From NCBI RefSeq assembly GCF_003704095.1, contig NW_020847638.1:1-64000 (forward strand): a DNA stretch of 64,000 nucleotides, given 5' to 3'. This DNA comes from Pocillopora damicornis (lineage: Eukaryota). The notes below the pieces were generated by a model, which was not told the DNA's origin, searched no databases, and was given only the letters and a program-made list of their open reading frames with translations. This document shows positions 38,876-50,100 of this stretch, piece after piece (position 1 is the first letter of the stretch; every line of letters begins with the position of its first letter). Both the position numbers and the translations under genes were made by a program.

Positions 38876-40085
38876 GGGACTACAGCTCTTATCTCACCCA
38901 GGCTCTTACTATTACCTATGATTAACTATTCATGATATGTCTTTTTTTCTTGCAGTGTTAGTTATGAATACAAAAAAAATTGATAATATGAATTTGAAAT
39001 TACCAGTATCTTCTAATCTTGAGATTAGCAGCAGTATTTAAAAGACCCGGAGAATGGTTGTGTATATAGGTAGTAATGATAACGATGGAAATGAAATAAG
39101 TTTGACAGCTAAAAAGCAACAATGAGAGTAATCAGAGAGCTTACGTACGCGTTCAGTGTACCGAGAAATTAGCCTAAGAACGTGATGCTAACTACATTAT
39201 GAATAATTTTTTAATTTGACCAGAGCGAGAACTGAGATCAGGGAATAGACTTTTTCCACTAAACCTAAGTACAACGAAAAAAATGAAAATTGTTAAGATT
39301 AACCAGGGTAAATGAAGCTGTTTCTACATTTCAGATATATTATTCAAAATCATTTCATATTTCCACTAGCTAGCAATTAGAATAGTCACGTATCACGGCT
39401 ACCTAAACAGGAAACTAGCGACAATATTTGTTATTTCTCTGATACATATAGTTCAGTAAGGAAATATTATCAGGATCTGGGAAAATTTTAAACAAGCTAA
39501 AGTGTTGTACACGTCGAGTTGCTCAAATTGTTGAATATTCGTTTCACTCTTTGAAGTGTGGTATCATGTATATTCAGTGATATTGAATGATACTTGAATA
39601 TGATTGCTAATTTTGACAATGTATTTACGCAAAAAATTTCAATTAAGTCATGTTAGTACTGAATAATTTTTTTCGGTTTTGGTCGGTGAGGTTATGACTC
39701 GTGTTATCGTTTCTTGCAATGTGAAAACAGGTTAGGTGGCAGCAAAATACCGCTCTACTCCCATGTTAGTAGAGGTTAAATTCCTGTTTTGCATTTTGTT
39801 TTTGCAAAGCCGCTTGATATGATGATTGGGTCTATTCAAATAAGGACGAAAAGTTATTAATTCTGCGTGCTCGAAAATTGTGACATCTAGAAAGTCAGTT
39901 TAATCAAGAGGGGAACTCAGTTTTAAATTTAGTTAAAGTAGTGTTGTTTTTGTTCAAGGCTCTTTCTTTTATTCCGGCAGTTTTAGAGTTGGACGTTTTA
40001 CACGTTAGCGGAAGAAAGAAAACTTTAACCATAACATTCCTCAAGGCTCCCTCATCATCAAGCTAATAACATCTGCCTTTAGAAA

Positions 40086-41048
40086 ATGGAAAACGAGACA
40101 GTTCACTGCTCGTTCATCATTGATAGCCCTCTTAGGAGACTCCGTATGTTTCCTACGAACGTGGCGATGTTGGTGTTGAATGGTGTATTCTGCTTAACAG
40201 CCACGGTACAAAACATGCCCGTTATCGCTGCCATTGTCAAGACACCGTCTCTTCACACTCCTTCAAACGTGCTCCTATGTTCGTTGGCTTTAACTGATTT
40301 AACAGTAGGCTGCGTTGTTCATCCTGTTTTCGTAGCTTTTAAAGCACGACTTCTGCTGGGCGAGTTCTGGTGCCTCTTGTTGCTTGTCAAAGAAGGCTTG
40401 CTCATATACACCGGAATTCTTTCCATGTTGATTTTGCTTGCAATAAGTTTGGAACGCTTGATCGCTCTCCGTTTGCATTTGCGATATGGAGTCCTCATCA
40501 CTATTCCTCGTGTGTTGGCTGTGGTCATTGTGACTTTGTTGTCATGGGGTCTTGTTGTATGCACTTGGCCATTAGGTGTTAGCATCAACGTTGTTTCCTC
40601 AATTAGCGTCGCCATCATGGTGGTGGTCGCCGTTGCATTGGTCGCAGTTTGCGCCGAAATTTTTCGCATTTTACGGAGACATCAGATGGTGATTTGGAAT
40701 CAAAATAAACTACAAGCTGAAATGTTCAGGTCAGCCTCACGAAGAAGGAAATCTGCAGCCGCGATTTTGTATGTTGTCGTTTTGTTTTTTGTCTTTTATT
40801 CCCTGAGCGCTTTTGCTACTATTCGTTTCATCTTTACTCAAGATTTCAACATATCCCAAAACATTTTGTGGGACATTGCAGAGACCTTGGCTCTCATGAA
40901 CGCGAGTGTCAATCCCATTTTGTATTACTGGAAGATGGGGAACATTCGCCGCGCAGTGCGAAGCTTGTTCTGTGCCTCAAATCAAACTCATTTGGCAGCA
41001 AACAAAAGAACTGACTACTCAACAACTTTTAAGACCTTTAGGTTTTAA
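40086..41048 (+). CDS. Rhodopsin-class GPCR, melanocortin/adenosine-receptor-like cnidarian type, single coding exon (320 aa)
   Basis: Seven hydrophobic segments; LHTPSNVLLCSLALTDL (TM2), ISLERL (DRY equivalent), W in TM4, NASVNPILY (NPxxY); N-terminal sequon NET. Confidence 0.93.
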   Translation: MENETVHCSFIIDSPLRRLRMFPTNVAMLVLNGVFCLTATVQNMPVIAAIVKTPSLHTPSNVLLCSLALTDLTVGCVVHPVFVAFKARLLLGEFWCLLLLVKEGLLIYTGILSMLILLAISLERLIALRLHLRYGVLITIPRVLAVVIVTLLSWGLVVCTWPLGVSINVVSSISVAIMVVVAVALVAVCAEIFRILRRHQMVIWNQNKLQAEMFRSASRRRKSAAAILYVVVLFFVFYSLSAFATIRFIFTQDFNISQNILWDIAETLALMNASVNPILYYWKMGNIRRAVRSLFCASNQTHLAANKRTDYSTTFKTFRF

Positions 41049-41577
41049 TACCGACATGAAACAGTTTATACTAATCATACAGATCAAGTTCTTCTCTAGA
41101 AATAAAAAATTGTGTCAAAAACCTCTAGGAAGTGGTCATATTCCTACAACTCTATAAAGTTGTTTGTGGGGAAACAATGCATGTCTCAGCAGATGGTCAA
41201 TTCACACCAAAATGATACTTGCAATAAAGCCTACCCCTCAGTGTTTGCCCTCAGTGTTTTAAGGTTTGAAGAACACTTATTATGCATTTCTCTATCAAGC
41301 ATGTTTGAGTGAGAATATTACAGTTCCCCGTCGTAATCAGGTGGATATCCCCAATAACTATGGCCGAAATGTTAAAAATTACTTTACTGTGTTACTGTCA
41401 TCATCATGAACTAAACTAATTAATTTCAAAAGCATCAAAACATCAAGATGCTTAGTGCTCCATAACAAATAAACAATTGTTAAAATTAACTCCTGTGAAA
41501 TAAACGAAACATATTTCACGTCAGTGGTCACAAACGATGCTTGAGGCAGTTAAGGAAAATCTCCATCCGCTTCAGGT

Positions 41578-43863
41578 TCAGTTCAAAGTTTCCAGTGCTC
41601 TATAAGTCTCACAGCTAACATTGTCATTTCCAACAATAACATTTGTTGAGGTAAGTTCCAGTCGTTCCGCAGCTGTAAGCGTCCATACCTGGGGCAAATT
41701 GTGCTGAGATCGTCGCAAAAAAGAGCACTGAAGCTTCTCAACATAAACTTTAATCTCTTTTCGGAATTTTGGATGTCTGAATGCACACAGGCAAGGGTTT
41801 AAGCAAGAATTGAAGCTGATAAACACAACTGGAGCCCAGGAGAGCATGATAAAATAAGTTTTAAGGCTTCGTAAAGTGCTTATACTGAAAGCTTTGAAGA
41901 GTTGTTCAGACCTGTACACAAACAGTAAAGTGCATACCATTGGTGATATGAAGAATATGAAGTTTGTAAAAACCATTATTGAAATGTTCTTAGCCAAGGT
42001 AGCCTTTCGCTTTACACCGGCACTCATGCCTGCTTTTCTAACATGGAGAAAGATGTGAAAGTATAAAGCAATGCTAATGACATAAAACAAAACAAGCAGG
42101 GCTGCAACAGCGAGGCCAGCCTCTGACGTGTCCTGTTGATCAGGCCCGTTCACAAATGGCATCATGCATGTGAATTCGCCATGATATCTCAAACCACCAA
42201 CTTGGAAAACCGGCAGAAGCGAGTAGGCGATCGCAGCACACCATATTCCCGTCACACACTTAAGTGCAGTGGTCTTTCTCAACCTTACTCCCGGATTCAT
42301 GCAATGCACTATCGATAAATAACGCTCCACCGTTGCCAAAAGAGAGCTTGAAACTGAGACTATTTGAGCCGTCGTGAAAATAACTCCCATTATGGTACAG
42401 TAATCATTAACAAATACGTCCATCCTAGGGTAGTTGCCCGCGTTAACTATAAATTCATATACGGTGTATCTGGCTATTAAGACTGAGTAAACACCCATAA
42501 AGATGTCACAAACACTGATATTTCCTAGCAAAATGAAGGAAGTGCTAGTGCGAAGCGAACGGCATCCGAACGAAATAAACATGACGACAAGGTTTAAGAT
42601 TATTGCAATGGCACCTAGAATGTACTCAGTGTAAAATAACTTTCTTGGTAACGTGTTGAGTGTGAGCTCATAAGGCAAGTAAATTTCTTCCGCGACGCAA
42701 TTGTCTGACTCACATAAGCATTTTGGTGAAAACCCTCGTTTTACGAAGAGAAGTGACCTTCCATATTCAATCTCTTCCGAAAAAACATACTCCTCTGATG
42801 TCACTATGCACGCCAGGTCACTTTCATTTGAGCTGACAAGTATTTTAGTGTTAATCAATGTGCAGTTAGCGCAATTAATATTCCACGTGATCCCTCTAAT
42901 TTCTTTAAGGTTGTGAACTTCAAAAAGATTCTTTTCTGGGAAGTATAAATGGTTTCCTGTGAATTCTACTGTCTGTAGGGAGGGAAGGGTGTTAGCGATA
43001 TCTCCTCTCCATTCGCGGAGGTCATTAAAGGACAAGTCTCTGAAAAAGAGGCAGTGGTATAGTTGTCATTACGTTAAAAGTTTTTTTTAACATTGGTTCC
43101 CACTACATCAGAACTTTAACTTTTAATAGCTACTGTTGGTCCTGAATTTAATCCCACTTTTCTATTAACTGCTACTGACGTATTCATTTATTGGGTCCAA
43201 TCAAGAACAGTTTCGATCTTTCTCACTTCAGAGCATGCTAAAAACTCCAGAGGCTTTATTGTGCCAAATTTGTAATGAAGAGTAATCTGTGTACAATCTG
43301 CGTTCAGTTTCATCATTAACCTATTCCGGAGTCCACCAACGAAATTACTTGTTCTATCTCTAGGGTTCTTTCTTCCACGAGAACGCTTATTTGCGAGCCG
43401 ATTTCTTCTGAAACGAACATTCAATTTTCGCAGTTATGTATTTGTATGAAACTGCTGTTAAGAACCCAAACATTTTGATGATATCCCTTCCATTTCTAAA
43501 CTTGGATGATGAATCTGAGCATATATTTCTGACCGTCTCACCAGGCTAAAATATTACTCGCGAATTCTCGAACACTAGGTGAAATTGAATGATATCAGAA
43601 ATAATTTAACGAAAACTCACAAGCGTAGAAGATTTGGCATAATTGGAAAAGTTCCTTCTTCAATGACACCAATATTATTTCCTAAAAGAATCCTGTGAAA
43701 GCAAATGTGGTCAATATCAAGCAGTGCTAACTTCAGTCATAATATCAAAAAATGATACTCCTCGGAAAATTCGGACCTGAAAGTTTATGTAGTATTTGTA
43801 GACGTAGTAGTAGTAGTAGCAGTAGCAGTTGTAGCTGTAGCGATACAAGTCGTAGTGATAGCG

Positions 43864-43897
<34 letters not shown>

Positions 43898-46800
43898 CAG
43901 CATTAGTAATATAAGTCTTTGTTCACCAAGAAAAACGTGCAAAGTTTACAAAAGTGTAAATAATAAAACAAGAACAACAGCGGCAATCTGTATAAACAAC
44001 TACTCACCAAAGAGCACTCAAAGAGCACTCAAAGAGCACTCTTCCCTGTTCCCTTGTTTAATTTTAAAATACTTACAAAGAGGAGATACTTTTACTTCTG
44101 TTCAGTACACAGGACGGAACTTCAACCAAATTGTTTTTGGATAAATCTCTGAAATCAAAATATGAAATAGACGCTGTTTAAATATAATGTTGATTTACCA
44201 CTTTCGATCTTGTTTGGCTTCATGTAAGATTATCACAGAATTTTCGCGCTAAGCAACGCGGCTGNNNNNNNNNNNNNNNNNNNNNNNNNNNNNNNNNNNN
44301 NNNNNNNNNNNNNNNNNNNNNNNNNNNNNNNNNNNNNNNNNNNNNNNNNNNNNNNNNNNNNNNNNNNNNNNNNNNNNNNNNNNNNNNNNNNNNNNNNNNN
44401 NNNNNNNNNNNNNNNNNNNNNNNNNNNNNNNNNNNNNNNNNNNNNNNNNNNNNNNNNNNNNNNNNNNNNNNNNNNNNNNNNNNNNNNNNNNNNNNNNNNN
44501 NNNNNNNNNNNNNNNNNNNNNNNNNNNNNNNNNNNNNNNNNNNNNNNNNNNNNNNNNNNNNNNNNNNNNNNNNNNNNNNNNNNNNNNNNNNNNNNNNNNN
44601 NNNNNNNNNNNNNNNNNNNNNNNNNNNNNNNNNNNNNNNNNNNNNNNNNNNNNNNNNNNNNNNNNNNNNNNNNNNNNNNNNNNNNNNNNNNNNNNNNNNN
44701 NNNNNNNNNNNNNNNNNNNNNNNNNNNNNNNNNNNNNNNNNNNAGCAAAACAACGACTGCGAAGCAAACAAAATTTGTCTAGCTGTGTTCCGTAGGCCGC
44801 GAAAGACCTACGTGATTTGAGCTTAAACAGATATCAAACGAAAAGTCTTTAACACAAGCGTGCATGTTTTATTCAAGGAGAACCGAAAGATCCGCAACTT
44901 AACCAGACATGCAGATTGAAGTTTGTTTGAACAGGTATGCATGTCTCGCCATATCATCGGACACAATATTTATCCCTATTGATCAGTAGGCTGGAAAGTT
45001 TTTACTGTAGCTGACAATAAACTTCACTCTTTCAGTCAGGTAACTCTAATCGTGAGAGAAATTGGTTTGTGATTGATATAGTTGTTGAGGGGTAAAACAA
45101 CGCACGAACCTTATGCATGCTGGTTATTAACTTTACCAAGTCGTTTCTCAGCTGCAGCTGACCTGGACGTGAGATTTTGAGATACCAACATCTGCGAAAA
45201 ATCTTAAACGAATTTTAAACGCATGGTTAAAGTGTTCCCAAGGTCGCATAGTTTACATTTTCGAAGTGTAAGAGAGGGACTAAACGGTATCTCTTACATA
45301 AATTATGTAATGACCACGAGGTTTATTCGGTGTTTTTTAGTCGTCGAATGTTAGAGCGAGTTTAGTTTAGAACGGTTAAGTGTCGGCCGAGATATTTTCT
45401 TAAATTGGTGGCAGCGGTCTGGGATTTTGAGCCGACGAAATGGACAAAGACCAAGTGAAAATACCCGAAGGTGCCGATGGCGGTTTACCGCCAGATTTCC
45501 CGCCGGAACATAAGCCGGAGAAACTGATGAAGTTGAACCGAACGAAGGGAACAGTGACCTGCAGCAGTTAGTACAGGCGCTTAAGCGGGGTATGATGATG
45601 TCGAGTGAGGTAAGCGAAGCGAGGAGAAATGTACGAGCACTGCGTGTTTACTCAGCGGGACAGAGCTTTTGTCCTAGTTCGTGCAGTATGTCGACCTTGT
45701 GCGCATCAAGCCGTCGGATCTTCGAGCATATTTACTCACAATGTTGGACCAGCCGGCCTTTAAGGCGGTGGAACTTCTCAAGCTTTCAGAGTTNNNNNNN
45801 NNNNNNNNNNNNNNNNNNNNNNNNNNNNNNNNNNNNNNNNNNNNNNNNNNNNNNNNNNNNNNNNNNNNNNNNNNNNNNNNNNNNNNNNNNNNNGGATGTA
45901 ATGGTTGGTGGTGCCGAAGACAATGAGTGTTCCTATACTGTCTTCAGACGCTTGAAGCCAAGCAGAACATGGAAAAGTAGCGGATAAGGAAACTGAAGCC
46001 AGAATTGTTAAAGAAAGCAAAGGCATTGCGGAACATTTATACAGCCTTCATTTACGACATTTTGTGTTTTCTGTTTTGTTTCGAGAACTTAGCGTTTCAA
46101 GTTTCTTCGGACAGTTTTTTCCTGTAGTTTACTCTGAATCAGGAGTTTCAAGCTTATTTGATGATGTAAGAGAGGGACTAAACGGTATCTCTTACATAAA
46201 GTATGTAATGACCACGAGGTTTATTCGGTGTGTTAATTCGTCGAATGTTAGAGCAAGTTTAGGTTAGAACAGTCAATAGTCGGCCTTGATATTTTCTTAC
46301 AGAAGCTAAAGGCGTCGACAAATTTTTTTGCTAAAATCTGATTATTATTTTTGTCACGCCATCAGCTAAATTCGTGATCAAATCATTGAATTTATAGCCA
46401 GCATATATATCCAGCAAACGATAAAATTGGGCTAGAGCGAACACATCTTGTTTGCTATCAAAGGTTGTGAAATTTGTTATTCTTAATTATTTGAATAAGT
46501 TCTCCAAAATCTGCTGTGAAGCTGTGTATGTAACACAGCATGCTATGTCCATTTATAGAAACAACATTTGATGTTGTGTTTTGCTATCATTGACTGTCAC
46601 GAAACATAAGTCAAAGCAAATTTACCTTTAAACCCTTCTGAGTTTAGGGACTAAGAATGATCAGATGATCTTATTTTATAGAATGAAAAAGTGCAAATTG
46701 ATCAGCACTGTGTGATCTTAAGATTTGAAGTTTCTATAATTTTTGACAATACAGTCTTCCGTCTAGAAATATGAATAGATTTATTCATAAACGTATGAAA

Positions 46801-47119
46801 AATAGAATTTCTGCATCCAATAGAACTAGCGGTGAATCCTTATATAAAACAATAAGAGCTATACTGTTATTACGGACTCTGAATATATATTTACTTACAA
46901 CATCATGATGTTGTTGGGAAGAACGAAATTTTCACACTTGTCCATCATTTGCAAATCACATTTGGCCATGGCAGTGTAGTCTATGAAAGAACAGTTACAG
47001 TAAGCAGGGCAGGAATGCCAGAATGTTTTATTCCCAGGCCATCCTCCTGTTACCATTCTCAAGTGAAAAAGGGGCAAAATGGCAAAAATCACCCGATCAA
47101 TCATTCTGTAAGAGAACAT
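41578..47119 (-). CDS. Leucine-rich-repeat-containing GPCR (LGR/GRL101-like 7TM) with a short ectodomain, >=608 aa
   Basis: Exons 47119-46899 (signal peptide + LRRNT CPAYCNCS), 44148-44077 (DLSKNNLVEVP, 72 nt), 43692-43621 (ILLGNNIGVIEEGTF, 72 nt), 43039-41578 (DLSFNDL..., Cys-rich hinge, 7TM with CDIFMGVY, TVERY, NSCLNP). All introns are phase 2; total 1827 nt, open frame. More 72-nt exons could lie in gap 44265-44743. Confidence 0.9.
43804..43905. repeat. (AGT/AGC)n microsatellite in an LGR intron
   Basis: gtagtagtagtagcagtagcag...agcagcagcagtagtag. Confidence 0.9.
45267..46301 (+). mobile_element. Gypsy-like LTR retrotransposon, degenerate and gapped, in intron 1 of the LGR gene (antisense to the host)
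   Basis: Direct LTRs 45267-45404 and 46165-46301 (TGTAAGA...TCTTACA), 4-bp TSD GAAG on both sides, PBS TGGTGGCAGCGGT at 45406-45418 complementary to the tRNA-Leu 3' end, disrupted gag-like reading frame from ~45439, gap 45794-45893. Confidence 0.9.
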
Positions 47120-50100
47120 AAGATAGATATGTAGATTATGCACATACGGCGAGTTTACTGACTCGAACTTGTCTCCATGGTATCCAGAATGACAGAATGA
47201 TCCTATTGCTTGGTAGTAATTATTACTTTGTTGTCCTAGATGTTCCATGGAACAGATTTTTGGAATTGAGGATATTTTTTCAATAATTTCTATTATTTTT
47301 GAATTTGTACAAATGAAAGTACAGATTGAGCGATAAGTCTGCCAAAAATGTCGGATTGCTTTTTCTGGTGGAAACTCTAATTACCCTGTCATATGCTTTA
47401 CTCAATTAATGTTGTCTATTTTGCTTTGTTGCATAGCAACTTTAAAGAAATGATAAAAAAAATGGATCAATAAGCCATAAACTCTAGACCTGAAGAAAGA
47501 GAATTATGTAAATTTAATTTCTCTGGTGAAAGATGCTGTTTATAAATCAAAATTAGGGTACTAAATGTCTTATAGTAGGCCACAAACTGTGTGTAAGTAA
47601 AGAGACTGACTTGATCCTTAATTTCTTGGGAATGAAATATAGCCCCTATCCCTCCTTACCTTAATTGAAAACTCTAGCATTTAGACAAGGCAGCTTTTTA
47701 GTCTGAAGGTATACTTATACAGGAACAATGCTTTTTAATATTGTAGGTTTTTCAATGGAAATAATGTATGCAATAAAGCTTCACTGGGTTTCTTATCAGT
47801 TCCCTCCACTTCTTCCCTGATAAGCCCCCTTCTCCAATAAGGCCTCTGTCTGGAAGCCTTTGAAATAATTAACCCTTCCCTAGGAAGGAAAATTAATGAC
47901 ATGATACTTATAAGTATAACTAATTCAGTTTAATTCTACCAACAATTCGTGTGCCTGAATTGTTTGTACTGTGACATCTGTATTTAGTAAAAGCCTTCCA
48001 AATGATTATGCTGTCATCACAAAACTTGACATTCTCACATTTATGAGTTTAGTTGGAACTTCGCAAAAGTCATGATTTTTCCGTGTTAAATAAATTATGA
48101 TTTTACCAAGAAGTTCATGACCTCGTGTAGTTTTCGTTTGACTGTGATGTATTCTGTTAACATGTCTTGTGAACAAAGATAGTCCCTACTGTTACCATCT
48201 CTGTCCCAAAAATTTTACTTGTAGGGAAAAGAATTCCGTACATTCTATTTATGCATATGGCGTCGGAAGACAAGGTATATGATTACATGTTTCTCTAAAG
48301 CTGTAATGTTCGAGGTTTTCCTAATTCGCCTTATAGTAAATAATTATTGAACACTGTTATGCGCAACTCTAATTTTATAACGTGATAATGTTTGTATTCA
48401 AGTAAAATAAATTTCCAAGGGCTTTTGTTATTTTGTCCATCTACATGCACAACCTTCAGAGGATGATGATCGACAAAGTGCATCAGAACTTATCCATTGC
48501 GCTTTACCTTTAAATTTTGTCCCACGTCGGTAAAAGTTACAGGGCACCCATAGGAGTCCCATGTGTATTTTTTAAGCCTTTGCCTTCATTGCTCCTACAT
48601 GTAAATGGCCATTTTAGAGATCGTTTAGCAAGCTCTTTGTGATCGATTGCGATCCGCTTCGCGCGATATTATTTCTTTTAAAGCGATAGGTGACGCCATA
48701 AAGTTAATGAAACCAAAGAACTATAAAGCGTTGGAAGAACTTTGAACTTATGTTTTCAATTCTTCTTTAAAAAACAAAACATGAAAATGAAGACGAGGTA
48801 GTGTTTTGTTAGTGTTTGTTTTACGTGGTGATTGAGGGCAGATCTTGCATAAATTATGGATGAGGTAGAGAGTTTTTAAAATGTTAAAATCTGGTCCTTT
48901 GCAATCCACGAGCTAAGCTATGAAACTAAGGAACGTTTATTTCTTAGTTTTACAGGCGCGTTTCTCACCTCTTGACGTAAAACTGAATGATATAAAGATC
49001 GGAGATACATAAATTGAAAAGCAGCTGTCAACATGTAAATTCAACCCTGAAATGAGGTGGTTGAGGAAACAGTTTCTTAGATTAAATACTGTGTATTCTT
49101 GGTCTCTTAAAGAACTAGGAATTATTTTTCTCGGTATAAAATTCTGAGATTAATGAGAGATTTTGCAAAGTTAAACGTTCGATCAGTCCACGGAAAGATT
49201 TTCCTGCATGTTTTCCTTTGTTTATTAAATGTTTCTTATTCTGTAAATATTGTTTTATTCGTGGGTATCCTGGATTTGGAATTGTTTCCGGCAGAGAGAT
49301 AATCATTTAGTAACTGCTAACTTTATGTAAAGAAGAAAAAAAGGCTTTGTTTATGGCTAGCCACAGTATGTCAAACTGAAGCATAAGTTTTGAAATATTA
49401 TGAGGTGTTTTGGGACTAAAAGAAACCAAGCCAACAAAACAAACAAAAGGATTCCCTTTACTTGGAAATGTATTTCACAATCGCCCAAATATCAAAAAAG
49501 GGAAAAAGAGACTTCAATGCTTTGGAAATCCATAGATCATTTTAAGACGTCTGACTTGTTGACGAGAGAATACAGCCTATGATAAATGATCAATCGTAGT
49601 TTTTTTGAACTGGAACTGATAAATGCGCTTAGTCATCAACAAGGTATAGCAAAAATGAGAGTTATAAAAGTCATGCTTACTTTTGAATTGCCACGTACTA
49701 GTTCTGACTCCACTCCTTTATTCTCATATTCTGTAAACTGATTCTTTTCGGTTTGTTAAATTAAAAATTACCAGAGATTTTTTGTATTTGATGTAAACCT
49801 ATGTCAATGTTTATCAAATTTGCATTTGTATTCCGGGTTCCAGTGGAGTATGTGGTTGTCAAATGTCAGAATTCGATTGGCTGTGGAAAGATTTAAGCAG
49901 TGCATATTTGATTAAGACTTAAACGACCCAAAGAGACATTTTTTAAAACCTTCATTAGTGCGAACTAAAATCTGCTCTCACGGTTCTTTTGAGCTGCATT
50001 ATTTTCAATTCACGCATTTTCCACTTCTGCGAAAAGTTTTTAAGTCTTATTCAGTAAAGCTAAAAACGTTAAAATTTAGTGGAAGTACCGATTTATTCGA

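Noticed and set aside
43745-44144. Poly-Ser and poly-Leu ORFs
   Set aside because: Products of the AGT/AGC microsatellite within an LGR intron.
44220-44771. Long X-filled ORFs
   Set aside because: Artefacts of the 479-N gap.
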